Assembly (NCBI GenBank): GCA_951406725.2
Contig: OX597821.1
Location: forward strand, 2,852,001-2,916,000
DNA length: 64,000 bases
DNA from: Octopus vulgaris
Lineage: Eukaryota
Direction: 5' to 3'
In this document: in pieces, positions 27,899 to 41,858 of the stretch
How positions within the stretch are numbered: the stretch's first letter is position 1
Layout of the letters: each line of letters begins with the position of its first letter
Program-made: the position numbers and the translations under genes
Notes under the pieces: model-generated
Database searches by the model: none
What the model saw: the letters and a program-made list of their open reading frames with translations, nothing else
What the model was told of the DNA's origin: nothing

Positions 27899-28444
27899 CG
27901 CCAGCGGGAGAACGACACGCAATTCCGTCCGGTAAAGCCATTACATTTATAATCAACCAAATATGAACTATTTTGTTGCACAATGCGTCTCCATCTTTCC
28001 ATTAATTTCAAAATACCCTCTTCCCAGAATTGAGGTAGATTCATGGCAAAGAATTCATCAAGGTATCTTTTTTACGTCATCCAAGGAATTGAAAGTTTTA
28101 TCATTAAGACTATTCTGCAGAGACCTGATTAAGTGGAAATCCGAAGGAGCAATATCTGGTGAATATGGAGGGTGGGGTAATACATCCCAGCTGAGATGCA
28201 GCAACTTTTGTCTAGTTCTCAAAGCATCAAGTGCCGAAAATGAATTTCCTTCTCTTTCATTTTAAAAGGTTATAGAATTAACACAGGTTATAGGAACCTA
28301 AACCTCCTTTCACGAAAAGATAACTTAAACTGTGCTTTAAATGGAGGTGTAGTCAAATCCTATTTTATGAACTTAACCATGTTCAAAAGTAAGTCGAAAC
28401 GGAAGCTACTATACATCGGAACGAAATTTGCTGACAACCTAATA
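27609..28444 (-). mobile_element. Internally deleted mariner (DD34D) element
   Basis: TIRs tattgggttgtccggaaagttcgtgccgat / atcggaacgaaatttgctgacaacctaata; minus translation WDVLPHPPYSPDIAPSDFHL.RSLQN. Confidence 0.9.
27646..27938. pseudogene. 28S rRNA fragment with internal inversion (27646-27860 sense on minus strand; 27860-27938 sense on plus strand)
   Basis: Conserved LSU motifs: tagctggttccctccgaagtttccctcaggatagctgg on plus; agtgggccacttttggtaagcagaactgg..gggatgaaccgaacg on minus. Confidence 0.93.
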
Positions 28445-29079
28445 TGTAATCCAGCAAGCAGGGTGTACTTAATGCTTTCCGAAACACTTGAATTTTTTTG
28501 AATTGATGCATTATTGCTAATGTGTAACATACGGTGTATTCATGATTATTTTATCTCATAATACATATTTGAAACGTAAAAGAATATCCTCTTCGCCAAA
28601 GTTTCAGAAGCATGCAGCTATCAAACAGTCGTGAATGGCTCTGTATTTGCTATTATGTCTATAAAGCTTCGGTTTCTTTGGAAATTATGACATCACACCT
28701 ACTTTCTGACGGAGAAAACGGAATGAAAAATATTCTAAAATGCTAGTGAATAGTTTTCTGTAATAGCGAAACGAAATTGGATTTTTAACTGACTAGAAAA
28801 CATTTTATCGTAGAACGATACGCTCTGTTCTATTTATACCTAGCAAACACTGTGAATAAAAAGACCGATATAATTCGTTAGCTACGATACCCGCGTTACG
28901 AAATTTCTCAAAAGAAAGTACGTTTATAGGACAAAAAATATATGTTTACGTTTATAACTTAATGGCAAATTAAACGAAACAAAGAAAACTTAAAAATATA
29001 GAAATTTTTGTCATCTGTTTCAGAGGTGTCAAAGGTAGTTTATATTCGTTAATTTTGACACCAGGCCAGTACTCAATAT

Positions 29080-29260
29080 CTGGGACTAAGTCGATTACAT
29101 CTCAACTGGTACTTATAGACTGTCAATACTGGTACTTATAGACTCCGCAGAAATATCAATGGTATGTTGTCTGCAGCAGAATTTGAACTCTAAACGTGCA
29201 AGCGGACGAATTGCCGCTAAGGACTTTGCCAGGCGTGCTTAAGAATCTGCCAGCTCACTG
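29080..29260 (-). mobile_element. SINE family B, degenerate
   Basis: taagtcgattacatc...gcagaatttgaactc...tctgccagctcac. Confidence 0.65.
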
Positions 29261-30678
29261 GATTATACCCGTATATATTAATAACACAGACTCAATACAT
29301 ATCTGTCAGCCCATTTCTGAAACATGCTTATAGCCTCAACTCATTAAAAAAACATGAATCTTTTAATAATGAGAATTAAATTGCTGTTTATAACGTTAGG
29401 AATGTCTTCGTCTCGTTTTTCTCTACAGTTATTGAAGTTCTTTTTAGCAAACATTCAAAGATACTCTAATATATGCTACCCATGAAAAGAAAACACAGGA
29501 TATATAGTGCATTCTACAATTAATTATATCCATATAAGAATTAGATTGGTAACGATTGAAATACTTTCATTATAGATCTTCTCATAAAGAATGCGTAGTG
29601 TCTAGCAATCTAGGATGGCGAATGCCGGACAGGAGTGCTAGTAAGAAGGGGAGATAATAAAGTAGTGTCGTTCCCAAAACGAAAATGCGCGTAGGTGTGT
29701 ATAAGAGAGCGTGATATATGTGCATGTGGAAGAGCGCTGGTGACCTTGACGTGTGCGTGTGTGAATATGTAGGTGTGTGGATGATGGTATGGGGCTTGGA
29801 AGTGATCAGTGCTAGTTTGTGCTTGGTGGTGTGATGTGATGTGGTGTTGTGTGTATGGTGGTATATGGTGTTGTAGTGTGTGGTGTGGGGATGTGGGGGA
29901 GTGAGAGTGTGGAAAGCAAGGATGGAGTGTGGATTAGGGTGACGGTGGGGGTAGAGGTGTGGTATCTATATTAATAGTTACCAGACACGTCTACGAAAGC
30001 TTGGACCATGTGATTGCGTAGCAAATTGCTAATCACACAGCAAAGCCAGTAACTCTATAAATACATTTAGGGTTGTTTATATACTTTGTTGTAGTTGATA
30101 TGTATTAATTAAGTAAATGAATGTGATACAAATTAACAGAATTAATGATGGTTACGCATAAACACACTTCGATGTTTAACGCCATGACTGAACTCTCCAA
30201 GCAGATAGGTAAGCAACGAAATTATCAGTGCTTGGTGTTTCTAAGTGTGAAATATGATTTTGTAAAGAGATAACAACTTGAACAAATGTTATCCTTAAGC
30301 AAATACCACTCCCACGTGTAACTAAAACTTCTTAATTGTTGTGTTTACCTATCAATTCTTCTAGATAGTCATCAATTTTAGTAGTTAGATAGCTATCAAA
30401 TTCACTTATTCTTAGTCACACAACCAATCAACGAGACTAGAAAGCGATGCGAAACTTTACTATCCTACATTGTGTTACCATATAACTGTTAAGTATGTTT
30501 ACGAACACGACTATCTGAAGTGATATTTTATCTTGCGAGTGAAATAGCATTAGGATCTTATTATAATGGTAAACATATAATAATGACATAATGTCATACA
30601 AGTACGATTAAAAGACGAAAAACAAATTATGAACTAGACAAATTAAGAATAACACTTTCGCATTGTTTTCAATGACCC

Positions 30679-30701
30679 TTCTTCTTCTTCTTCGTCTTAC
30701 A

Positions 30702-30781
<80 letters not shown>

Positions 30782-30869
30782 CATCATCATCATCGTCGTT
30801 GTCGTCGTCGTCGTCTTCATCACCATCACCATCACCATCACCATCATAATCCTCCTCCTCCTCATCATC

Positions 30870-30956
<87 letters not shown>

Positions 30957-30997
30957 TTTATTATTATTATTGTTATTATTATCATTATTATTATTAT
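30679..30997. repeat. Compound (TTA)n/(TCA)n/(TCG)n trinucleotide array
   Basis: Direct observation. Confidence 0.97.
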
Positions 30998-32912
30998 TCT
31001 ATGTTTGACTTTTGCTTTACATTTGTACAAGTTGGCTCCCAGTCTCACCCAGAGACCGCAAGAGACAACAGGTTGGAAGTTCGTGATGTCGTTATGCCTA
31101 GTGTGCCTTATATTTGGTTTTGAATTTACTGTTGTACTAGTGAATGTTAAAAAAAAAAAACGAAAATTATGTTTTGTTTTAAAACCTGAGATTACATAGA
31201 ATGTATTTTGCGTAGGATATGAGCAGTTCCCATAAGCACTATGTTTTGAATTTCTGCCATTTTGGCGTTTCCTGGTATCTGAGTTAGGTAGCAATCAGCC
31301 CCTTTTGCTATCATTCCAAGGGCACGTATGGCAACAGGCATTGCTTTAGTCTTCAGGTTCCACATTTTGCTGATTTCTTTTTCAAGATCTTCATATTTGC
31401 TCAGTTTTTGATAGATCTTGACAGATTCGCTTATATCGATTGGGACAGTCATATCAATGAGGAGGCATGTTCTTTGTTTGAAGTCTTTCAATATGATGTC
31501 TGGCCTATTTGCATCTATCTTTCTGTCAGTTGGAATGGGGAAGTTCCAGAGGAGTGAGATGTGGTCATTATCAAGCACTGAATGTGGTTTGTGTTCCCTC
31601 CAGTTTTTTCATGGGGCAAACCCAGGTTTTTGCAGATTACCCAGTGGATATATTGTGCAGCTCTATCATGCCTGTTGAGATACTCTGTAGGCGCTAGAAG
31701 ACTGCAGTGGAAACAACAGAATCAACGGTTTCATTTATTTGTTGACATACATGACATGTTGGGCTACTGCCGTTCTTTAATATGATGGCCTGGTAGTTCC
31801 TTGTAGGTAGGCATTGATTTTGAGCTGCTATGATGAACCCTTTTGTTTCAGATTTTAAGCCAGAGGCCATTAGCTATTGATGGGTCAAGGCTTTGTCAAC
31901 ATCTGCATTATTCGCTCTCTTTGGGTATTTGCCATACAGAGGTTTTTCTTGCCATTTATCATTCAGAATATCTAAGGCAGCAGTTTTGGCCCGGGTTTTC
32001 ATGCGTTTAGCTTTTTCTGTGCTTGTTTCTTGTATGTCGAATTCCGAAATTTGTTGTATTCGGAATTCACTTAGATATTCCTTTGCCTGTTTTGTTACTG
32101 AGTGTGATTCTTTCTTGTTTTCATGTTTGGAGACAAGTTTTAACATCCAGTCCTCAGAGTTTATCAGGTAGGTGTCTAGGCCAATTGTAGCAATCTTTAT
32201 TGTTATTGCCAGTTGTAAAAGTCCACGGCCTCCTTCTTTTCTTGGCAGATAAAATCGTTCTATATCTGCCTTAGGGTGGTGCATTCTATGCATTGTCAAC
32301 AGCTTTCGTATTTTTCTGTCAAGATTACATATTTCAGTAATTGACCAGTTGACGATATTGAAACTGTAAGTCACGACTGGTATGGCTAATGCATTGATCG
32401 CTTCGATCCTGTTTCTAGCATTCAGCTCTGTCGTGAGTATTGCTATAACTCTGCGATAACATTCTCTCCTGATCCTTTCCTTCATCACTGAATGCCTTAT
32501 TCCGTCCCCTTCAATTACCCCTAGGCACTTGTAGCTCTTCGCTGGTTCTAATTCTTTTATGACATTCTGCTAGTCAAGGTTAACGTTAGATGTTTCTGTT
32601 ATTTTTCCTTTCATAAAGGTAGCTTTTGCACATTTATCGATTGCATTCTGATGTCATCACTGAATTGTTTGACTATCGCTAGTAAGCCCTTGAGTTGTTG
32701 GTCGTTTTTTGCAAAGAGCTTTAAATCATCCATGTAAATGAGATGATTTATATTTTTATCAAACATTTTATATCCGTACTGCGCGTCATTGAGCAATTTT
32801 GAGAGAGGTATTAAAGCTAAACAAAAGAGGAGTGGTGATAGTCAGTCACCCTGGAAAACGCCACATGAAATTTTTACATCACCAGCATTTAAAGATTCAT
32901 TGTCACTGTTCA
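30998..32912 (-). mobile_element. 5'-truncated R4/Dong-clade non-LTR retrotransposon (RT, CCHC remnant, RLE, 3'UTR)
   Basis: GVFQGD.LSPLLFCLALIPLS, NHLIYMDDLKLFAK, YLPRKEGGRGL, RPDIILKD..CLLIDMTVP, MGTAHILRK*; 3' end abuts (TAA)n. Confidence 0.93.
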
Positions 32913-33458
32913 TTATACATATATATAATGACTAAATACTACTCAATATCAAACCCATAAACATCATATATGTGACGAACATATGTCGTGAACTCATTTC
33001 GCAGAATAAGATATTCGTCTGACCGTGGGATTTGTCGCTTTGTATCTTCTTCTTCGAAGCATTTGGACATGTTTGTTTTTATTATGGTGGGAGGCGCAGG
33101 TCTTAGTCGTTAGGGCATTCGTCCCACGTTCTTCAAGTCAGAAGTTCTATTCCCGACGCACGGTTTTACCTTTCATTCTTTCAGGGCCTATAAAATAGTA
33201 TCAGTTGAGCAATGGCGTCGATGCAATTGATTTATCATCTCCCCGAAACTTGTTGGCCATAATTCGAAACCCATCTTACACTTACTCATAAAATCCACAT
33301 TTGAAGCTATTGTTAAATGTATTTTTAATACATATAGCTGTAGAAATGTTCATTGAAACATCCACAAGTATTTGTCAAATCTCTTAACTTACATTTTAAT
33401 TTTAGAAGTGATTGCACCATCTGCTAGGAGGGAAGGACAAACCAAGCTGGTATTATAG

Positions 33459-33665
33459 CTGGCAGAAACGTTAGCACGCCGGGTGAAATGCGTAGCCGTA
33501 TTTCGTATGCCGCTACGTTCTGAGTTCAACTTTACCTTTCATACTTTCCGGGTCGATTAAATAAGTACCAGTTACGCACTGGAGTTGATGTAATCGACTT
33601 AATCCGTGTGTCTGTCCTTGTTTGTCCCCTCTATGTTTAGCCCCTTGTCGGTAATAAAGAAACAG
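33459..33665 (+). mobile_element. SINE family B variant with Tx1-like 3' tail
   Basis: Family B head and core, then gtccttgtttgtcccctctatgtttagccccttgtcggtaataaagaaa. Confidence 0.85.
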
Positions 33666-33779
33666 GTATTATATCTGACTGCCTTCGACATGAAAGAGCA
33701 TATTTCGATATTGAAATAATGGTCATAATTGTAACTGCTGAAAAAAATGTGTTTAATAATCCAGTAAATTGGAAAGAGG

Positions 33780-34185
33780 GAACTAGTTGATTACATCGAA
33801 CCAAGTGTTTCACTGGTACATAATTTATCGGCCCCTAAGTCGAAAAGCACTGCACCTCGGCAGAATTTGAATTGAGAACTTAACGACGGGTGAAATCTCG
33901 CTAAGCATTTCGTCCAGTGTGCTAACGATTCTCCCAGCTCCCCTCCGCGCCCCAAACTAAAATTAAATAAAAGTGTCTAATAACCCTTCCTACGAAAGGC
34001 ACAAGCCTTGAACTTTTGTGTGAGGGGGCTAATCTATTATATCCACCCAGGTTTTCTCTGGAGATTAATTTATCGACCTCGAATTATGAAAGGCAAAGTT
34101 GACCTCAACCTAAATAAAGACGGACCAAATGACACTAAGCATCTCGTTGGTGTACTAAGAATTGTGCCAGCTCGCCGCCTTAAGT
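33780..34185 (-). mobile_element. Two tandem SINE family B copies
   Basis: Each ends in ccagctc..; gaaaggcaaagttgacctc and ctggtacataatttatcg cores. Confidence 0.75.
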
Positions 34186-34197
34186 GTGTTTAATAAT

Positions 34198-34620
34198 CGT
34201 TTCTTTATTGGTCACAAGGGCCGCACACAAATCTAATAGGGACAATACAAACTAGGGACTCGTGAGGTTTAACACAAAAATCGAGTAAACAATGAAATAA
34301 CAATGACAATTAACAATACTATTAAACAATAAAATTCACCGAAAGGGGTTAGATCTTTACAGGGACCACCGAAAAACCACTCACATTCTGGTTATCCCGA
34401 CCGCCAAAGGCACCTCAGCAGACACCTCTCTCTTTCTCAACTCCGGTTTACAAACGAAAGTTCAGAGTAGGCCCATTCACTCGGGCCATGTTTACTACAT
34501 TCAGCCACCTTTCAACAAATTTACTGGTGGGTAGAACTTCCATCTCTATTCTCACTTCTTTTGAAGTGGAACTTGAAAAAGCTCAATGAGGGCTTGGCCG
34601 AATTGGAAAGTATCTATCTT
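34198..34620 (-). mobile_element. 3' end of L1/Tx1-like LINE
   Basis: Reverse complement of 42410-42780; coding FKFHFK..VRIEMEVLPTSKFVERWLNV, ends cccttgtgaccAATAAAgaaa. Confidence 0.7.
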
Positions 34621-34789
34621 CAATAATGATCACAATTATTGTGCTAGCAAGAAGGAAATTTCGTTTTTCGCATGATTTCTTTGAATGACTTTTGTCAATG
34701 CTAAGATTTCATCATTTTAGAAGCAAATTGTGCCTAATTTTCTTGACGGCTCTCAGTTCAGTGTCAATTTTAACATGGAGAGCAAAAAC

Positions 34790-35780
34790 TAGCATTTTCC
34801 TCACATTTTGCTTTTTAGTTTCCGTAAAGGCCAGAAAGCTCTGAACATCACAAATAAATATGTGAAGTTTATTGTGTTGGTAGTTAGATATGGTTTTAAA
34901 AATTGCGTCCTCGAGACGTTTCGCCACAAGATGACCAACGTTCTGTTCGACCTCCTGAAATTGATGATGACCGAATCAGATCCGTATTTGCATCTAATTG
35001 TCATATAATTGTGCGAGAGAATGCAGAAATGAATCGCACACAACTATTGAAAATCACTTTAAATGTCTCCATATTTGGGTTCCACATAAACTGAAAGAAA
35101 TTCACTTAAGGCAATGAATCAATATTGATACATGCACCTCAAACGCAATGAAGTCGTCCTTGTTTTGAAACGAATCATTCCTGGTGATGAAAAATGGATT
35201 GTCTTCAATAACATCAATCGAATACGATCATGATATAAACGTAGTGAACCAGCACAAACCAACGCATTGAAAGCTGAAGTACATCAAAAAATGTCATGCG
35301 GCAGGATTACAAAGTCATTGTTTATTTTGAGCAGCTTCCAAGGGACGAAACGTTCAATTCAGATGTTTACTCTGAACAACTAATGAAACTGGAGGAAGCA
35401 ATCAAAGAAAAGGGGCCAGAATTGGCAAATTGTAAAGTAATCGTGTTCCACTACGACAACACTGGACCACACACATGTTTGCTAATTCGTGAGAAATTAT
35501 TGGAGCTTGGTTGGGAAGTGATGTTACATCCGCCATATAGCCCTCTCGTTGCACCATCAGATTACCATCTATTTCAAAGGCTGCAAAATTCTTTAAATAG
35601 TAAAACTTTTAATAATGGAAATGACGTGAAATCGCACTTGCTTCAGTTTTTGGATAAGGAGGAGCAGAGGTTCTATGAGTGCGGAATCATGAAGTTGCTA
35701 GAAAGATAACAAAAGGACATCGAACAAAATGGAAAATATATAATTGACAAAAGTTAATTCATTTTACACTAAAACCGCAG
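34790..35780 (+). mobile_element. Degenerate mariner (DD34D) transposase
   Basis: GDEKWI, HYDNTGPH, HPPYSPLVAPSDYHLFQRLQNSL. Confidence 0.9.
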
Positions 35781-36002
35781 ACATATCTTTATCTAACATC
35801 TCGGTACCTAGTAAGCTTGGAACCCAGCTGCTAGAAATGACAGTGTGTAACTCAAGGCTATAATTAGGTAAAATATATCATGTAAATTGTCAGCTTAATG
35901 TAACTCAACGAACATAGATATTTGTTTGTTGAGTTGTAGGATATTCATAGCTGGATAGTATTTGATAAAATCATTCGTAGATTATGGCAACAGCAGCAAC
36001 AG

Positions 36003-36185
36003 TGGAGGCACAATAGCCCAGTGGTTAGGGCAGCGGACTCGAGGTCGTAAGAACACGGTTTCGATTCCCAGACCGGGCATTGAGCAGAAAAACATAATCT
36101 CCACGAGGCTTCTGCTGGGGAGGGTGGTGAACCCCGCTGTACTCTTTCACCACAACTATCTCCCACTCTTTCTTCCTACTTCTGC
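36003..36185 (+). mobile_element. tRNA-derived SINE family C
   Basis: tagcccagtggttagggcagcggactc...ggtttcgattccc A/B boxes; related to 61230-61512. Confidence 0.8.
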
Positions 36186-36894
36186 CACAAAGCAGATGAA
36201 CCATGGTGTAATCCACCATGGTGTGGTAAACTTTCAGACCTTAGTCTAGATTGTAAATCCTCTGTACCCCAGGATGGTTCAGCTCTCCATCCGTTAAAAG
36301 CCACCATTTACGGAATGAGGATAACAACGTAGCTTTCGCGCCCGTGCAACCGCCAGTCTACCACGCGTGGTGGGTGGATCTTCAAGTTGCCACACGCATT
36401 CTTAGTAGTTTAGAGTAGGCTCGAATTAGAGATTATTCCTTGTGGCTAATGGCGGTAATCCTGAGTGGAAGAAGAGGAAAAAAAAGAAGAAGAACATAAC
36501 AGCAACAACAATAGAGCAATAACAACAATAGAAATATACCTTTCAATGGTTAATCATCTATCAATGTCAAAGGATTCAAAACGCATTCACGACAAAGGGT
36601 TATTGTTAACACCATTACGTCTAACATCGCACCATCAGTGACCTTTGCTATCAAATTCCCTAAACAGCTCCGAACAGCATAATGTTAAAGGCAACAATTG
36701 AGATCAATGCCATTGACACGATGCCACTAGTATTACAATAATCCTCAAAATAATCAATCAAAAAATGCACACATACAAGCACGCGCACACACGCATACAT
36801 ACACACATATACACGCACATACGAATACGCACACACATGCACAAACATACACACACATAAATATCTATATCTATACATATATATGCACATATAC

Positions 36895-36969
<75 letters not shown>

Positions 36970-36972
<3 letters not shown>

Positions 36973-37285
36973 GGAGCACTACGTCGGTTACGACGACGAG
37001 GGTCCCAGCTGATACGATCATGGGAACAGTCTGCTCGTGAAATTAACGTGCAAGTGACTGACCAATCCACAGACACGTGTAACCCTAACGTAGTTCTTGG
37101 GGACATTCAGGATGACACAGAGTGTGACAAGACCGGCCCTTCGAAATACATGTATAACTCAAGCTGAGTGGACTTCAGCAACGTGAAATAAAGTGTCCTG
37201 CTCAAGGATGCAACGCTTCGCCGAGAATTGGCCTCATAACCATACAGTTGTGAGCCGAATGCCCTAACCACTAAACCACGCGCCT
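36970..37285 (-). mobile_element. tRNA-derived SINE family D
   Basis: Minus: aggcgcgtggtttagtggttagggcattcggctcac...ccttgagcaggacactttatttcacgttgct; related to 60715-61035. Confidence 0.75.
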
Positions 37286-37334
37286 ATATATACACATGAT
37301 GCCATTAAGCCACGTGCCATATATACACATGATG

Positions 37335-37445
37335 AGCATCTTTGAGTTTCCGTCTATTAGATCCACTCACAAGGCTTTGGTAGGTCTTAAGCGATAGTAG
37401 AAGATATTAGAAGGTGCCAATAAGTGGGTTTGAACTCAGAAACAT
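37335..37445 (-). mobile_element. 5' part of SINE family A
   Basis: gtttccgtcta..atccactcacaaggctttgg...atagtagaaga. Confidence 0.7.
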
Positions 37446-37697
37446 GTATGTGTGTATAAAAAACAAATCAGAATATATATCATCCGCAGTAAAGTAACAC
37501 AACTCTCAGCACTGCTGTCATTTCTTACGCACTATAATTTGTAGAATTTGTAGGAAGATGTTTCGTCGATCATGCATTGCCGTCTGGAATTTGGAACACA
37601 CAATTCGTGGAATCAAGAGAAGATTCAGATGTTTTCAAACAATTTCGCAGCTGAATAAGGACTTTCTCAGGGCTGAGCAACACAGTCAGCTTCCACC

Positions 37698-37814
37698 CCT
37701 GCTGCAGCTGCTGCCGCCGCTGCTGCCGCTGTTGTTATACCACCACCACCACCACCACCACCACCACAACCATTACCACTACTACTACAACTACTATCAC
37801 TACTACTACAACCG

Positions 37815-37863
<49 letters not shown>
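37698..37863. repeat. Compound (CTG/CCG)(CAC)(TAC) trinucleotide array
   Basis: Direct observation. Confidence 0.9.
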
Positions 37864-38193
37864 CGTTTCGTGCTTCTTCTTTATTCCACGCGATTTCCGA
37901 CAAGATTATCACAAAAGCCACCCACTACTCCATTACGAACTCTGACACTAAGACATAATACTGAAAACTATCCACCATAATAAAGATTAACAAAGAAAAC
38001 CTTGCAATCGCCGTATCTTCTAGCAATCCACCATCAACATATCTACAACCACAGACACAAACACACACACGCGCGTAAACACACACACACACATGCACAC
38101 CCACAACTACAACCGATAGGAACTGTACCGAATACAAAAGCTTCCTCGACACAACTAACCACATTACACACATATATATGTAAGTATATATAA

Positions 38194-38242
<49 letters not shown>

Positions 38243-38399
38243 GGTATATATATATATGTATAAGTATATATATATATATATATATATATATAGGTATATA
38301 TATATGTATAAGTATATATATATATATTATATATAATATATATATATATGTATAAGTATATATATATATATTATATATAATATATATATATATGTATAA

Positions 38400-38439
<40 letters not shown>

Positions 38440-38967
38440 TATATATGTATAAGTATATATATATAACATATATAAATATATACACATATATATATATATG
38501 ACTCACACACATATATATATATATATATATACTTGCATACATACACACACGTGTACATATGTGCGTTTGTGCGTGTTTGAGTGTGTTTATGTGTGTGTGT
38601 GTTTGTATGTACTACGCTCACGAGCTCAGCTGCAATCACAATATCCAGCGTCGCAATAATTGCCACTCACGCGTACGCAAGTACGTATAAATGGACAGAT
38701 AAATATATTGCACACGTAAAGACGCGCTCGTCGTTGTTTTGAAGAGCTTACAACAAATTCCGGAGAGTAATCTTCTTGAATATCTATGACACAAACACAC
38801 TGATGACAGTTAACAATACAAGTTATCAGTTTGTGGTTAAGCCAAGATTTTCTTTATCTTCATTTTAACTAAAGCAGCGTTTAGTTTGTAAGACATAGGA
38901 GATGGTTACTATTGATAGCGATAAAAGACGGCGAAACAGATTGAGTTGAAGAAGAGAATAATAGAGG

Positions 38968-39006
<39 letters not shown>

Positions 39007-40325
39007 GTGTGTGTGTGTGTGTGTGTGGTGCATGTATATATACACACACAGAGATTGGAAGTGTGTACATCTGTATATGTGTATGTCTAAGTGAGTGTGT
39101 CTGTGTGTGTCTGTGCGTACGCGTTTCAAGATATGTGTGTATGGGAGATAAAGCGAGTGACGAAAGCTGGTGATACGGTACCGTTTACAAATACGTTGAA
39201 GCATTATATATGACAAAACAAAAGCTAGAACACATACACACACACACACACACAGACACACACCCACACACACATATATATATATATATGTAAACATACA
39301 TACATACAAGCATACATTATCTAAGTTTATTTTATCAATAGTTCATATTCAGTTCTCAGATTTACACAACGCTGTGCTGAAGATATCTATCCTCACAAAA
39401 GAGCTTGCCGAGTTCTATATCAGATTCTTTTCACTATGTAATACACACACACGCGCGCGCGCGCACATAACTGTCAGATCCAGGAATCGAGGAATACGAA
39501 TAAAGTTAGCTTCAATATTTCATGCGTTAGCATGAACCTCCTGACGACAATGTGATGTTTCATCTAATCAAGATATCTCTGGCCTAACAGTTAACCTGTG
39601 GTATGCACCTGACTTGGATATTTAGTACTTCCGTCTTTCCGCTGGCTATGAAAGATATGTAGCACGGATCTTATCTGGTCCGTTCCCTAACTCTTGTGTG
39701 TGCGTTTGTGCATGCATGTCTGTGTATGCACAATATTTGTAAACAAACCAGAAAGGCTTTGTAAGTAACGGAGAGACAGCAACTATAGAAGACACATAGT
39801 ATATTGAAAAATGTATAATAATATATCAATAATATATATTATCCCATTCGAAGCGACAAGTTTTAAATACAAACAAATGACTATAAACTGATGTGCTAAA
39901 TCTAGCAAGTATCGGACCCGCAAATCGACGCTTACATGGCTTCTTGCACATCCGTTTCGGTCAAACACTCACCCATCAATTTCAGCTAAATTCCATGAAT
40001 GTATATTTAAACTGTCTAATACTGCATATAATAATACTAATAATATATATTTCATATATTCATACGCAGCTAGACACACACACCCGTACTCATACACACA
40101 CCACCACCACATATAGATAGATAGATAAAGATTTAGATATACGTATGTAACATATTCGCGCGTGCACACTCACGCAAACACACAAACACGTATATATATA
40201 TATATCACACACACTTACGTATATACATATATATATATATAAATTCATATATATATATATACATATACTTGTATATATGTATATATATATATATATAAGT
40301 ATATATATGCATATATATATATATG

Positions 40326-40412
<87 letters not shown>

Positions 40413-40600
40413 ATATATAACTAGTTATATATATACTTACGTTTCTTCCGTGTCTTCAAGGATGCATTCATATTCCAAAATTTGCATACAAAATGGAATA
40501 CAAAGAATTGTTTTTATATGATTGGACGTCATCGTCGTCTTGGTCATCATCCGACGTCGCCTCCTTAACCGTAGTAATAAACGCAGTAATTAGCAGTAGT

Positions 40601-40771
40601 CTCTTCTCCTTCTTCTTCTCCTTCTTCTTCTTCTTCTTCTTCTTCTTCTTCTTCTTCTTCTTCTTCTTCTTCTTCTTCTTCTTCTTCTTCTTCTTCTTCT
40701 TCTTCTTCTTCTTCTTCTTCTTCTCTTTCTTCTTCTTCTCCTTCTTCTTCTTCTACTTCTTCGTCGTCTTC

Positions 40772-40803
<32 letters not shown>

Positions 40804-41046
40804 TACCACAACCACGTACTCCACTTCATCGTCCTTTATTTCCCACTGCCCCTCCTCCTCCACTTCCCTGTGCCTCCTCCCCTCGTCTTCCTGTCTTCCT
40901 CCTCCTCTTCCTTCTTATTATTGTTAGTGATCTTAGTAGTAGCAATTGTTGCTGTTGTAGCGGCTGGAGCACTAGCTTTAGCAGCATAAGTAGCTGTAGC
41001 TGATGAAGGTGTAGTAGTGGTAGTCGTCGTCGTCATCGTCGTTGTC

Positions 41047-41103
<57 letters not shown>

Positions 41104-41233
41104 AGAGCAGTAGTAGCAGCAGAAGCAGCAGTTATAGTCGTAGTGGTGGTAGCAGTAGCAGTAAACAGCTGCAGCTCTAGTGGTAGTAGTAGTGGTGGTG
41201 GTGGTAGTAGTAGTGTTAGTGGTAGCAGCAGTA
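40601..41233. repeat. (TTC)n and (GTA)n/(GCA)n trinucleotide arrays
   Basis: Direct observation. Confidence 0.95.
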
Positions 41234-41709
41234 GGTGCGCTTTCGGTGTTAGTGGAGATGGGGACGTCGACGCTTTTGGCGATCGTAGATTCGTTGCAAG
41301 GAAACGAAGACACAAAGATAAAGAAGTTACAATGGAGGTGAAGGCAGCGGTGGAGAACGAAGAATAAACTAATCGACAAACAGCAGCATTATCCGTCGAT
41401 AATTTACTTGGATGACAATATTTCGATTTGGCACTGAAGACCGGAGAGTATCATAAAGGAAATTCGGTTTTAATCTTTCATCTGAATGTCTTTTTCTACT
41501 TCCATTGGGAAAGTTCTCGTAACAAAATTAGACTTGGTTTTCAGCCGCTGAGTGACACCATTAATATATAAATGTGTAAATGTATCAGCCAAGAACACAT
41601 ACATATAATCATATTACACATTTCCACGTGTATCGACATACACGAGCAGACACATTTACACGCTCAAACACAAACACACACATAAACACATACGCACCGC
41701 ATGCATATA

Positions 41710-41765
<56 letters not shown>

Positions 41766-41824
41766 GTATATGTTTGTACTTGTATATATGTGTGTATTTG
41801 TCTCTGTGTGTGTGGCTTTCACTG

Positions 41825-41858
<34 letters not shown>

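Noticed and set aside
27646-27938. Functional rRNA gene
   Set aside because: Only about 290 bp, internally inverted, inside a transposon
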